This document shows, in pieces, positions 29,288 to 39,862 of a DNA stretch of 64,000 bases. The DNA lies in assembly GCA_965205975.1 (NCBI GenBank), contig OZ242195.1, positions 640,001 to 704,000 of the forward strand. Direction: 5' to 3'. A program made the position numbers and the translations under genes. The DNA comes from Candidatus Latescibacterota bacterium (GTDB lineage: Bacteria; Latescibacterota; UBA2968). The notes under the pieces are model-generated. The model ran no database searches, was not told the DNA's origin, and saw nothing but the letters and a program-made list of their open reading frames with translations. Positions within the stretch are counted from its first letter, which is position 1; every line of letters begins with the position of its first letter.

Positions 29288-29926
29288 CTATGTATTTTCG
29301 ACTCGAAAACCACTAACGAATTCACGAATCACCCAAAGATGTTGATCTGGTTTATAAAGCGTTTGAATGTATCCTGTATCCCCAAAGGAAAATTCAATTC
29401 CCTGACCACTGACTGGTGGCTGTGCACCGACTATACAACGCAACGCGGCATTTAAAATACCTCCGTGTGCGACCACCAGATAGCGCCCTCTTCCCAGTCT
29501 GATCACTTTCTCCAGCGCCCGTGCGGCTCGACAGTGAAATGCCCAGGCACTCTCTCCCGCATCGGCACTTACAACATGGGGTTGAAAGGGATTGTGAAAA
29601 TCAGGTAATGGATATCTGGCTCTGGCGACCTGATGTGGCAAACCCGCAATCGGACCATTATCCTTTTCCATCCAGTCTTCATCGAACTCGACACCTATAC
29701 TCAGGATCTTGCCCACAATTTGGGCTGTCTCGCAGGCACGCTTTAATGGGCTTGCAATAATCCTGTCGAATGTGATCTCTCTCGCCTTCAGTTCCTTTGC
29801 TTGGACTTCAGCTTGTTCACGCCCCATGTCAGTAAGAGGTGCATCATATCGGCCCTCAATGACATTCTCATCATCTGCTCGAGAGCGTCCGTGACGCATG
29901 AACATAATCTTGATATCACCATTCAT
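29288..29926 (-). CDS. Histidine phosphatase family protein
   Basis: RHG, SPLKRA.ETA, VAHGG. Confidence 0.92.
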   Translation of the reverse strand: MNGDIKIMFMRHGRSRADDENVIEGRYDAPLTDMGREQAEVQAKELKAREITFDRIIASPLKRACETAQIVGKILSIGVEFDEDWMEKDNGPIAGLPHQVARARYPLPDFHNPFQPHVVSADAGESAWAFHCRAARALEKVIRLGRGRYLVVAHGGILNAALRCIVGAQPPVSGQGIEFSFGDTGYIQTLYKPDQHLWVIREFVSGFRVENT

Positions 29927-29990
29927 AAAATAACTCCATCATCAATCTTCACATACTTTTACAAGGATCTCCGGTGAGTCCGGAATATTG

Positions 29991-30587
29991 CTACCGTGCA
30001 GTGAAAACCTGCACATCTCTTATCTGATCAAAATGCAATTTCCAGAACGTAGCTTGAATTCGCTTTTTTTCGTAAGGTTCTGAAATTTCGTCATCAACCC
30101 AATCAAGGTCAAATATACGATTCCAACTATCTTCTATGCGTTGATGATATGCACGAACAGGCAGAGGCTGCATCTCGAAAAAAGACAGATTGTGCTCAGA
30201 TAACTCGGCCTCAAATGCTTCTCCATCGGCCACGGTTCGAGGCAGATACCAGTAATTGAGGACATAGTGCCATAGATCAAAATCGGATAACAAAACTTCT
30301 ATGGCTGATTGCTCGAATTCAATTCTTACACCGCGTTGGCCTTTGGGTAAATGACCACTGCTGCGTAAATCGGGTTTACGTCTTTCAACGCCATCCCATT
30401 GATACCAAGCCCATAAAGGCAAAGACACAGTCTCAGATTTAAATTCTATTCGGTGCTCCATTTGCTTAGTCATCCACCTGTAAGCGTCGATAAACAGATC
30501 CTCTGAATATCTCTGATCGGTGAAAAGCACTTGTTCCCGCTGCAAGATCTTCCAGGCAGCCATAGATTGAATTGTCCAAAGCGTCAT
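29991..30587 (-). CDS. DUF3841 family protein
   Basis: LWTIQ, AY.WM..QM, P.WAWY, VLLSDFDLWHYVLN, IQATFW. Confidence 0.8.
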   Translation of the reverse strand: MTLWTIQSMAAWKILQREQVLFTDQRYSEDLFIDAYRWMTKQMEHRIEFKSETVSLPLWAWYQWDGVERRKPDLRSSGHLPKGQRGVRIEFEQSAIEVLLSDFDLWHYVLNYWYLPRTVADGEAFEAELSEHNLSFFEMQPLPVRAYHQRIEDSWNRIFDLDWVDDEISEPYEKKRIQATFWKLHFDQIRDVQVFTAR

Positions 30588-30723
30588 AATTTGTTGGCAG
30601 ATGAGTTTTTAGAGGTTTTCTCTTGACTCTTTGCTTGCTATAGAGTTTATCTTTTTTTTTCAAGATGCTGTTAATATACTGTGATATACAGAGATCTACA
30701 ATGCTAAGAATCGGTGATTTTTC

Positions 30724-31542
30724 ATGGAGAGAGCTATGGCTGGATTTACTTTGAATACACGCATACGCGCGAAAGCTGAGGATAGCACGGACACGTTTGA
30801 CATCGCGACAAAAACAGTAGAATGGGATCCGGCGAGAGTTGCTGTTATCATCTGTGATATGTGGGATACCCATCACTGCATTTCGACTGCCGAACGGGTC
30901 GCTGAAATGGCACCTCGCATGAATGAAGTCGTAGCAAGCCTTCGAAAAGAAGGTGCACTGATCATACACGCTCCCAGCGGCTGTATGGGATTCTACGACA
31001 AGACACCGCAACGCAAACGCGCCGAGGACGCGCCCTTTGTAGAGGCTTCTGTTGAATTCAGATGGAACGGGTGGGAACAATCCCGCGAGATTCGCCAACT
31101 CGAAGAGTCACCATTACCGATTGGAATCACCAATCCAGGACCGTGTTCGTGCCATACCCCTGAGCCTTGCTGTGAAGAGGGGGTCGCTCCCTGGGTTCGC
31201 CAGATTGAGACGATTGAGATTGCTGAGGCGGATGCGATCAGCGACGATGGGCAGGAAGTATATAATCTGCTTCAACGCATTGAGAACGTACTCGTGATGG
31301 GTGTTGCTGCGAACATCTGCGTGCTTGGTCGGCCATTTGGTATTCGTCAACTCGTCTATCTGGGTAAGAAGCCGTTGCTGTGTCGCGATCTGACCGATTC
31401 CCATCACTGTGATCACGGAGGTCATTTCCAGGGCACGGATCTCACGATCGAACATATCGAAAAATACTGGTGTCCAACCGTTACAAGTGATCAACTGGTA
31501 GGAGGCGAAGCATTCCGATTTCGCGATGATAAGCGTGAGTAG
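30724..31542 (+). CDS. Isochorismatase-like cysteine hydrolase
   Basis: AVIICDMWD.H.C, IIHAPS, GVAANICVLGRPFG. Confidence 0.78.
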   Translation: MERAMAGFTLNTRIRAKAEDSTDTFDIATKTVEWDPARVAVIICDMWDTHHCISTAERVAEMAPRMNEVVASLRKEGALIIHAPSGCMGFYDKTPQRKRAEDAPFVEASVEFRWNGWEQSREIRQLEESPLPIGITNPGPCSCHTPEPCCEEGVAPWVRQIETIEIAEADAISDDGQEVYNLLQRIENVLVMGVAANICVLGRPFGIRQLVYLGKKPLLCRDLTDSHHCDHGGHFQGTDLTIEHIEKYWCPTVTSDQLVGGEAFRFRDDKRE

Positions 31543-31588
31543 GATTGATGTTTTTTTGCTTGCACATAATTCATGCGTACTGTAGCTA

Positions 31589-32248
31589 TTAGCCCTCTTT
31601 TTTGATGGCGAAGAAAAAAGGGTGAATCTCTTCCGGCGCACTATCACTTTTGGATCCACTTCCTACGGTGCCTTCCTGTTCAATCTGAAACCCAGTCTCA
31701 GTGAGAAACTTCTTGTAGGTCGAGGGGCCAAAGTTGCTCCAGTACATGGTCCCGCCGAAGAAGTCATCTTCAGTATATCCAGGCCCATCGTCGTACCTTG
31801 CAACCGTAAACAGAAGGAGGCCACCAAGCCGAAGCCATTGTGCAAATCGACGAAAGAGATTCTGGTGTTCTTGTCTCGGGATATGAAAGATGGCGTAAAA
31901 GCTGACAATTGCATCGAAGCTACCTGCAGGGAATTCGGTCTTCATTACGTCGGCGATGATGAATTTGGCTGTGGGAACGTTTTTATTAGCTAAAGCGATC
32001 ATGTTTGAGGAGATGTCGATCCCAGTAAGGCTGAATGTCCCTGCAAGATGTCGTGCGACTGGGATACCAGCACCACATCCAACATCAAGGATCTTTGCAC
32101 CAGGCATCAGATGCTCAGTTATCAAGTTGAGCTCCGCTTCAGGCGTGGTACGCCTTTGCCCCGCATAATCTCTCGCACACCGGTTATAGGCGGTCCTTAC
32201 CAGTTCTCGATAATCGGTCTCTGGATCGTTAGCAATTTTGAATGGCAT
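31589..32248 (-). CDS. Class I SAM-dependent methyltransferase
   Basis: ILDVGCGAG, FDAIVSFYAIFHIP. Confidence 0.92.
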   Translation of the reverse strand: MPFKIANDPETDYRELVRTAYNRCARDYAGQRRTTPEAELNLITEHLMPGAKILDVGCGAGIPVARHLAGTFSLTGIDISSNMIALANKNVPTAKFIIADVMKTEFPAGSFDAIVSFYAIFHIPRQEHQNLFRRFAQWLRLGGLLLFTVARYDDGPGYTEDDFFGGTMYWSNFGPSTYKKFLTETGFQIEQEGTVGSGSKSDSAPEEIHPFFFAIKKEG

Positions 32249-32282
32249 GGGTCTCCTTTGTAATCTGTGTTATGTGTTTCCT

Positions 32283-33191
32283 CTATCCGGTTCCGACGAG
32301 AACGAGTCCTGTGAAGATGATGGCGGTTCCGAGATATTTGGGTGTGTAGCCGGGTTCTTTGAGAAGGAGGATACCGAAAATAGTGCCCAGGGGAATGCTG
32401 ATCTGGCGAAAAGTAACGACATAGCTGACGTTTGAGACAAAGGCCAGGCTGATCAGGACCAGAGTATAAGCGACGGCCATGCCAGCGCCTGCCAGCAGGG
32501 CGCGGGATGCCCGCGTTTTCAGGATTTCCCGCATAAGGATGCGACCGCGTTTTTGAAATAAAACCCAAATGCCCAGCCATAGAGAGGTAATGAGGCCTTC
32601 GAAAAAGGCGTAGAGCATCGTAGCCTGCCAGCCTGCAATGGGAAGGGCGGGAGTATCTCTGAGGAAGCGCAAAGCCTCGTCGTCGATGATCGAATAACCG
32701 GCTGAGGCGAAGGCGGCCATCAATGCAAACAATACCGATACATTCAGGTAGTTGTCAATATGGAAATCACTCAGATGCTTCATGGGCAGGACAAACATTC
32801 CAATGACAACCAGAGCAATGCCCCAAATGCACTGTGCGCTGACCTGGTCGGCACGGTCAAAAAAAAGTGTCACGATAATGACTACGATGACCGGAGAGGA
32901 CCGGGCGATGGGGTAGAGGATTGACAGGTCGCCTCTCTGGTAGGCGTTGGCCAAGCCGAGGATGTAGATGGTCTGAAAAATACCTGTTGCGATAAGCAAG
33001 AGCCATACGGAGGTAGGGAATGTCGGAATTGCCGAACCGAATAGGATGAGTGCAGGAATCAGGCACAGAGTCCCAAATGTGTTGACCAGGAGGAAGAAGG
33101 CGGAGGACGGATGTTCCCGCTTACACAACAGGTTCCAGCCCACGTGAGTGAAGGCGGAGATGAGGATGAGGATGATGGCGGTGAGGGTCAA
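32283..33191 (-). CDS. EamA/DMT family transporter
   Basis: About 10 hydrophobic segments; GDLS.LYPIARS. Confidence 0.88.
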   Translation of the reverse strand: MTLTAIILILISAFTHVGWNLLCKREHPSSAFFLLVNTFGTLCLIPALILFGSAIPTFPTSVWLLLIATGIFQTIYILGLANAYQRGDLSILYPIARSSPVIVVIIVTLFFDRADQVSAQCIWGIALVVIGMFVLPMKHLSDFHIDNYLNVSVLFALMAAFASAGYSIIDDEALRFLRDTPALPIAGWQATMLYAFFEGLITSLWLGIWVLFQKRGRILMREILKTRASRALLAGAGMAVAYTLVLISLAFVSNVSYVVTFRQISIPLGTIFGILLLKEPGYTPKYLGTAIIFTGLVLVGTG

Positions 33192-33256
33192 GGCGACATT
33201 TTTCGAATTATGGAATCAGGAGGGTATCTTATCGTAAAAAACGGGCAAGTCGAGTA

Positions 33257-33559
33257 CTACACTTTATTTCGCGCTTCTAACCATCGCTTTAGCGAACGTT
33301 GGCTCTCTCTCGAAGGTCGGCCAGCCCATACATTTTCGACACTAATATCCTCATCTAAATCAGGCCAATGGATGCCTTCACCCCGACCGATGAGGCGCCA
33401 ATTATTGCGCTCCTGAAGAGTGCCATGCAATAGACGAGGATACCATTCTAAAGGGACGCTTATGCTTCTTCCATCAACTAAGTCTATCATTAGAGACTTA
33501 TCGTCGATAGATATACACTCCGCAAGCGTAGGCTGAATTTCAATCGTTGAAATACTCAT
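33257..33559 (-). CDS. DUF2442 family protein (orphan TA-associated)
   Basis: DGRSISVPLEWYPRLL...IG.GEGIHWPDLDEDISV. Confidence 0.88.
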   Translation of the reverse strand: MSISTIEIQPTLAECISIDDKSLMIDLVDGRSISVPLEWYPRLLHGTLQERNNWRLIGRGEGIHWPDLDEDISVENVWAGRPSRESQRSLKRWLEARNKV

Positions 33560-33627
33560 TGAAATATGATAATTGTCAAGGGGAATGTGTTCAGAGAGCA
33601 GAACAACCAAAGGTAGTAAAGGGGTAT

Positions 33628-34893
33628 TCAGGCCTCTGCCAACTCGAACTCACCCTCAAATGCAGTTAGGGATTCTTGCATTTCACTTGCCAGTGCCCTC
33701 GAGTCGGACGCTTCTGCCAGGTTCCGGGTTTCCCAGGGATCCGCTTTCATATCGAAGAGCTGGATTACTGGATCGTTCTCATAGGTGATGAGCTTGTGTG
33801 TGTTGGTGCGGAGCATTTTACCGCCTCCGGTGGCGTGTGCTACCACAAAATCTCGCCAATCTGGATTTTTCCCCTCAGCAATCGCACGCAGGCTGTATCC
33901 TCGCATCATGGGAGGCGGCGAGATCCCGGCATAATCACAAACTGTCGGAAACACATCTACGCCCGATACGAGATGCTCCTGGTCGATTACCTGTTCTCCG
34001 ATGTGACTGGGCCAACTCATGATAAAGGGCACCCGCACGGCTTCATCGTATAGAAAGCTCTTAAAGACCATCTTGTGTCGAATATGCCCATCCCCATGGT
34101 CGGATGTAAGGATCACGACCGTATTGTCCTTGAATGCTGAGTTCTCGAGCGCGTCCAGGATCAGACCGATCTGCCCATCCACCTTTTCAATGTAGCGGTA
34201 GTAGGTCCAGATATAGTAACGGTAGAGTTTCTCTTCCCACTTTTCCATACCCGATTCTTCGCCTCGATCTGCCAGTTTCTGATTCCGAGAGCTTATGATT
34301 TTTTCCGGTTCCGCCATGTTTGTCTCGAAATTGGGAGGCAGCGGAGGAAGGTCGTCAATATCGGGGAACGGCATTTTCCCATCGTGCATCGTATGCGTCA
34401 GTACGAAAGAGCAGATATCGTGCGGATTCAAGAGTCCGACTGACAGGAAGAAGGGCTCTTTCTCCTGGTAGTTCTGGAGAAATCCGATCGCACTGCGGGT
34501 CGAAGCAATGTCTCCGGTCTCTGCCGTATTCCGCGGATCGGGGCAGATATGGTGAAAACTCTGTGCGACATCTCTGCCGGGAATATGCCATTTTCCGCTG
34601 TAGTAGGCGTTGTAACCGTTTTTGTTCAGCCATTGTCCAAGGTCCGGCATGGTCGGAACCATGTTGGCACCATTGGCCACGACTCCGTTTTCGGGGGTGT
34701 GGCGTCCGGTAAACCAGCTCGCACGCGCCGGACAGCAGACTGGATTGGCGCTATAGGATTTTGTAAAGCTGATTCCCCTTGCTGCAAGCCGATCCATACC
34801 GGGTGTCTTCACGTCATTGCATCCCAGATGTCCAAGGGCTTCCGCGCTATGCTGGTCGGTCGTAATCAGAAGTATATTCGGTCTCTGTTCCAT
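33628..34893 (-). CDS. Sulfatase
   Basis: PNILLI.TDQ, CCPARAS..TG, GKWH, SDHG. Confidence 0.93.
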   Translation of the reverse strand: MEQRPNILLITTDQHSAEALGHLGCNDVKTPGMDRLAARGISFTKSYSANPVCCPARASWFTGRHTPENGVVANGANMVPTMPDLGQWLNKNGYNAYYSGKWHIPGRDVAQSFHHICPDPRNTAETGDIASTRSAIGFLQNYQEKEPFFLSVGLLNPHDICSFVLTHTMHDGKMPFPDIDDLPPLPPNFETNMAEPEKIISSRNQKLADRGEESGMEKWEEKLYRYYIWTYYRYIEKVDGQIGLILDALENSAFKDNTVVILTSDHGDGHIRHKMVFKSFLYDEAVRVPFIMSWPSHIGEQVIDQEHLVSGVDVFPTVCDYAGISPPPMMRGYSLRAIAEGKNPDWRDFVVAHATGGGKMLRTNTHKLITYENDPVIQLFDMKADPWETRNLAEASDSRALASEMQESLTAFEGEFELAEA

Positions 34894-34896
34894 CGC

Positions 34897-35622
34897 TTAT
34901 GACACCTCCCTCTTGAGAATTACAGTCCGACGCGTACTCACCACGAGAAATAATCGGCCATTCGCATCTACATAATAACAGGTGGGGATAACGGATTCTC
35001 CGTAATGGCAATACACATCTGCTGTTATGGCACTTTGATCTGTTGTGATCTCCGATGTCCCGCGATAAATTAGAAACTGGTTTTCCCGGATCATCGAGAA
35101 CTCTTCTATCAGGTCAAATGCGTGCTTTGCAGTGTCCTTTCTGGCACTTAGCCGCTGGACTGCGTCAAAAAGACACCAGTCGGCGGTATAGGGACCAAGC
35201 GTTTTTGAGCGCGCAGGCTCTTTGCCATCCATAAAAAGCTGGCTATTTTGGATTTCCCCTTTCTGGGTGTATTCAACCAGTCCTTTTCCCGCCGCGGTCC
35301 CGTTGGAATACTTTAGCGTCCAGGTCTTTGGAGATGTGAGTGCGTTGTTCTCGCATAGTGCATTAATTTTTGTCGTGTTATCGAACTTCAGGTCCGAGCA
35401 GGTGATTCCCAAATGACGTTCTTCACCCTCATTCATGGCGGAAATCCTGAGCGTGGCCTCAGGCTCGTGAGACCTGCTCCCTCGCTTCGTCCGAATGTTC
35501 ATCCAGTAGATATCGTATGTCTGCTCTCCCGGTGCCTCTGGATCAAAGGCTCCGGTGGGCAAACCGTATTTGTTCAATACCCTCTTTGTGTGGATATATT
35601 CCCATGGCTCAGCCATTTTCAC
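34897..35622 (-). CDS. Hypothetical protein
   Basis: 241-aa ORF with AAGGAG RBS, 3 bp from sulfatase. Confidence 0.65.
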   Translation of the reverse strand: MKMAEPWEYIHTKRVLNKYGLPTGAFDPEAPGEQTYDIYWMNIRTKRGSRSHEPEATLRISAMNEGEERHLGITCSDLKFDNTTKINALCENNALTSPKTWTLKYSNGTAAGKGLVEYTQKGEIQNSQLFMDGKEPARSKTLGPYTADWCLFDAVQRLSARKDTAKHAFDLIEEFSMIRENQFLIYRGTSEITTDQSAITADVYCHYGESVIPTCYYVDANGRLFLVVSTRRTVILKREVS

Positions 35623-35741
35623 GCTCCTTTCTGAGGAAGGCTCTCAATGAAGGACATTCAGATTCTACGACATAGAGGGGGGAAGTGCAAGTATCATCTG
35701 GTAGGGATTTGGAAAGGAGGTCGGAAAACGCCCTATGACCT

Positions 35742-35782
35742 ACTTCGCCGAGCTTGACCTGCAAAGGCGAAGTCGCTATTGT
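35742..35782 (+). promoter_or_regulatory. Putative sigma70 promoter with inverted repeat for plus-strand sulfatase
   Basis: TTGACC-N17-TATTGT; IR ACTTCGCC/GGCGAAGT brackets the -35. Confidence 0.5.
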
Positions 35783-36962
35783 ATTGGGTCACGAATAGTG
35801 CTGTAGGAGCAACTGATGGAGGACCGACGATGTCGCATGAAAAGCCAAATGTGCTGGTGATTCAGCCCGATCAGCACCGCGGAACGGTGATGGGTTGTGC
35901 AGGTGACTCGCAGGTGAAAACGCCGAATCTGGACCGTTTGGCCTCGGAGGGGATCCGGTTCTCGCGCTGCGCCTCGTCCAGCCCTGTGTGTTCCCCATTT
36001 CGGGGGACGATGCAGACCGGATTGTATTGCCATACCCACGGCGTAGATGTGAACAATATTCTGCTGGATCCCGAACTGATCACATTTGCCGACCTGTTTG
36101 CGGACGCCGGATACGCTACAGGCTATATCGGAAAGTGGCATCTGGATGGGGGCAAGCCCAGGGGAGGGGGTGGATTTATTGAGTCTGGTCCCAGGCGAGC
36201 GGGATGGCAGGAATGGCACGGGTACCAGAAGGGGCACGAGTTCTTTGAAGTCTGGGACTACAACGAGAATCGCGAGAGAGTGCAGATCGAAGGCTATGAC
36301 TGGGAACCGATGTGGCATACGGATATGGCTCTGGACTTTGCAAAACGAAATCGCGACGCTGGTCGTCCCTGGCTCTACTATTTGGGATATGGCCCGCCGC
36401 ACAAGCCCGAACAGTGCCCGCAGAAGTATCTGGATATGTACGATCCTGATACCTTTGAACTGCCAGACGATGTGAAGGGACGGTTCGGAGAGGGGGAACG
36501 CCAGCTTCGAGAGATTTATCAGATGTATTACGCTCAGGTAACGGCGGTGGATGTGGAGATTGGACGTGTGATGGACGGCCTGGAGGAACTGGGAATAGCA
36601 GACAATACGATTGTGGTTTATGTAAGTGATCACGGCGACAAGCTGGGCAGTCACTGCGACCCCGATGAGCGCAACTTTCGTGGCAAGGGAAGTCCTTTTG
36701 CGACTGCGTTTCGCATTCCGTTCATCGTGCGATGGCCCGATCGCATCAAACCAAATCAGGTGTGTGACGCGCTGGTGAGTAGCGTGGATCTCACGCCCAC
36801 GATTTTGGACCTGGCGGGACTGGGAATTCCCGATGTGATGCAGGGCGACAGTATGGCGAACTGGTGCCTGGAGGAGAAAGGCGTGGAGAACGACTGTGTA
36901 TATATGGGACTCCGCGGCGCGACCCAGCCCGGTGGATGGCGTGCCGTATGGGATGGCTGCTA

Positions 36963-38356
36963 CTGCATCGTGGCAAAAAAGGTTCCTTGTATGATCAGCA
37001 TTGCTTATCTTTGTGTGTCCGCCAAGCCTTCAGATAAAATTCGATCCCGTTTATAGTGCCTGTCTCATCGAGGTGTCCATGCCCGGTTATTACAAAAAAG
37101 CCAGCCCGTTGCCCATCAGCGTGATGCAACGTAGCGTCTTAGAACACATTGTCCAACGCCATACCAGTCGCCAAGACCATGCCCGCCGTGCGCGTATGAT
37201 CCTGTTAAGCAGTGAAGGGTTAGGCATCGGTCAAGTCAGCGCACAAGTCGGCGCAGATCCAAAGACAGTTTCTACCTGGCGCAAGCGTTGGCTGGCAGGT
37301 TATGAGGCTCTCAAAGCGATGGAAGCCGAGGGCGATAGCCGTGCCTTGTCCGATGCGGTCTTATCCCTCCTATCGGATGCGCCCCGTCCAGGTACGCCTG
37401 TGAGGTATTCGGCACAGGTGGTCACAAAGATTGTGGCCCTCTCCTGTGAAGCCCCCAAAGCGTGTGGGTATCCCATCAGCCATTGGACGCCTCAAGTCTT
37501 GCGTGAAGCAGTCATCGCCCGCGGCATCGTCCCTGATATTTCAGTTCGCAGTGTGGGACGTTTTTTAAAAAGAGGCCGATCTTAAGCCGCATCAAGTCCG
37601 GTATTGGGCGCGTCCCCCTGATGAAGATCAAGAAGCCTTTTACGAGGCAAGTGAAAAGGTCTGTGCCTTATATCAATCTGCTCTTGACCTTCACGAAGAA
37701 GGTGTGCATGTCATCAGCACAGATGAAAAAACGGGCATACAGGCCAAAGAACGTGCCAAACCCACCCTACCGATGAAGCAGGGACGGGTTGAACATCAGG
37801 AGTTTGAATACAAAAGACATGGCACCTGTTGCTTGATTGGCAATTTTGAAGTCGCCACAGGGCAGGTGATTGCCCCAACCTTATCCCTAACACGAACAGA
37901 GAAAGATTTTAAGACGCACATCCAACAGACCTTTGCACAAGACCCAAAAGGTGAGTGGGTCTTTGTCGTGGATCAACTCAATACCCATAAATCGGAAGCC
38001 TTAGTCCGATGGGTGGCTGATGTGTGCGACATTCAAGACGATTTAGGGGAAAAAGGCAAATACGGGATTCTAAAATCTATGCAAACCCGGGCCGACTTCC
38101 TCAGCAATCAAGCCCACCGAGTGCGCTTTGTTTATACCCCTAAACACGCCTCGTGGCTCAATCAGATTGAATGCTGGTTTTCTATTCTCGTGCGACGCCT
38201 ACTCAAAAGAGGGAGTTTTACCTCTGTCCAAGACCTCCAGCAATCGCTTTTGGATTTCATTGCCTTTTTCAACAAAACCATGGCCAAACCGTTTAAATGG
38301 ACCTATACCGGAAGACCCCTTAATCTATAACACCAATGACTTTTGCCACGATGCAC
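36963..38356 (+). mobile_element. IS630-family insertion sequence (1394 bp)
   Basis: TIRs CTGCATCGTGGCAAAA / TTTTGCCACGATGCAC (15/16), TA duplicated at 36961-62 and 38357-58. Confidence 0.93.
37079..38330 (+). CDS. IS630 transposase in two frames (HTH orfA 37079-37585; DDE orfB to 38330)
   Basis: WRKRW, DAPRPG, HWT; STDE..VVDQL..SWLNQIE; frames join at TTTTTTAAAAA 37561-37571. Confidence 0.9.
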
Positions 38357-38551
38357 TACGTGTTTTCACCAGGGATTTACAATGTCCTGTATGACCACGA
38401 ATCCGATCCGCTGGAGATGGAAAATCTCATCGACGCGCCACAGATTTCAGGTGAGAAGAAGCGGTTAGCAGGGCTACTCCTACAGATGGCCGAGAAGACG
38501 GGAGATCCGATGCTGCAGGATGTGAAGGGCCTTTGCGGTATGTGATCCTCC

Positions 38552-39844
38552 CTAATCGCCATCGCGGTCATACGCACGCTCCCACGCTTTCACCCGTTCA
38601 AACAATACGCCCACGCGCTCTTGATATCTTTCATCCTCAATCCGATTATAAAACTCCTTCGAATCCTCCGATAAATCAAAATACTCTCCTGCCTCACCCT
38701 GATATACATTCAACTTTTCCGTCTCCGTCCGAATCATCTGGGTATCACCAATCTGACTGAATACCGCATCCCGCCAATCACCAGGGGCTGTCTCTCCATC
38801 CAGCAAGGGTTTCAACGACCGTCCGTGTACAGAGTCGGGCACCTCAGTTCCGATCAGATCACAAATCGTCGGAAATAAATCAATATGTTCTACCAGTTCA
38901 TCCCGCACCCCCGATTGACTTCTTGGATCAGAAATCAACAACGGCACATGCACCGAAGCCTCTCGCATATTAAACTTCAAAAACATCTCGTGTTCCCACA
39001 TCTGATCGCCGTGATCTGCCGTCCAGATCACAATCGTCTCGTCCCTGATTCCCAACCGATCCAACGCATCTAAAACCATCCCACAATACCCATCCACAAG
39101 TTCAATCATCCCATAATATCCCGCAATCACCTGCCGTAGTTCCACGGGTGTCAAATGCGCCCACTCTTTTCGTTTTCTCAAAATATCACTGTGGGGCAAC
39201 GGCGCATCAGCAGGTGCTTGCTCTGGTAATTCGATCTTTGACTGATCGATCTTTTCATAAATTTCTTTGGGCGGATAAAACGGGGGATGAGGCTCGGTAA
39301 AACTCGTCCAGGACAAAAACTTCTCTCCTTTACTGACGGCTTCTTCAATCTGCCGAATCGACTCTGTTGCCACATGATATCCCCAATACTGCTCCCGACT
39401 TCGCGGACTTGGCCCGCCAGATGACCGCCGCAATACGCCCTCATTTTCCCAATCGTATCGGGCCAGCATATTCTCAGGCATTGTCTCGCGCCACATCTGT
39501 TGTGTAATCTCTGGCTCATAGCCGTTGTCCATATCGGGATCTTTCCAGTGCATATGTCCCAGATGAAAACGACGATAATTCAAGGGTTGCACGGCGTGTG
39601 CGATCGTGTACATCCCCGGATAAGGCATTGAATTATTGGTAAAGACGCCATGTGTATGGACATATTTGCCGGTTGCCAAACTGTGCCGCGCTGGCGAACA
39701 CACAGGCGACTGTGTATAACACTGGTCAAATCGCACACTCTTTTCGGCCAGACGATCCAGATTGGGCGTATGAGCCAGTGGATTCCCCAGGCATCCCAAC
39801 GCATCAAATCTGTGATGATCGCTCATCAAAACAAGCACATTCAT
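38552..39844 (-). CDS. Sulfatase (choline-sulfatase-like)
   Basis: CSPARHS..TG, PHPP, ADHG. Confidence 0.92.
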   Translation of the reverse strand: MNVLVLMSDHHRFDALGCLGNPLAHTPNLDRLAEKSVRFDQCYTQSPVCSPARHSLATGKYVHTHGVFTNNSMPYPGMYTIAHAVQPLNYRRFHLGHMHWKDPDMDNGYEPEITQQMWRETMPENMLARYDWENEGVLRRSSGGPSPRSREQYWGYHVATESIRQIEEAVSKGEKFLSWTSFTEPHPPFYPPKEIYEKIDQSKIELPEQAPADAPLPHSDILRKRKEWAHLTPVELRQVIAGYYGMIELVDGYCGMVLDALDRLGIRDETIVIWTADHGDQMWEHEMFLKFNMREASVHVPLLISDPRSQSGVRDELVEHIDLFPTICDLIGTEVPDSVHGRSLKPLLDGETAPGDWRDAVFSQIGDTQMIRTETEKLNVYQGEAGEYFDLSEDSKEFYNRIEDERYQERVGVLFERVKAWERAYDRDGD

Positions 39845-39862
39845 CGATAAATCTCCTTTCAA

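Larger units (their letters stand above)
35830..38545 (+). pseudogene. Sulfatase interrupted by IS630 (35830-36962 + 38359-38545)
   Basis: CSPFR, GKWH, SDHG; removing the IS restores frame WDGCY|VFSPGIYNVLYD...DPLEMENL (439 aa). Confidence 0.9.

Noticed and set aside
29970..29986. TCCGG/CCGGA hairpin as terminator
   Set aside because: Short stem with no U-tract
37561..37571. Link between the UCCA tRNA and the IS630 +1 shift
   Set aside because: No UGGA at the shift site; the homopolymer run explains it
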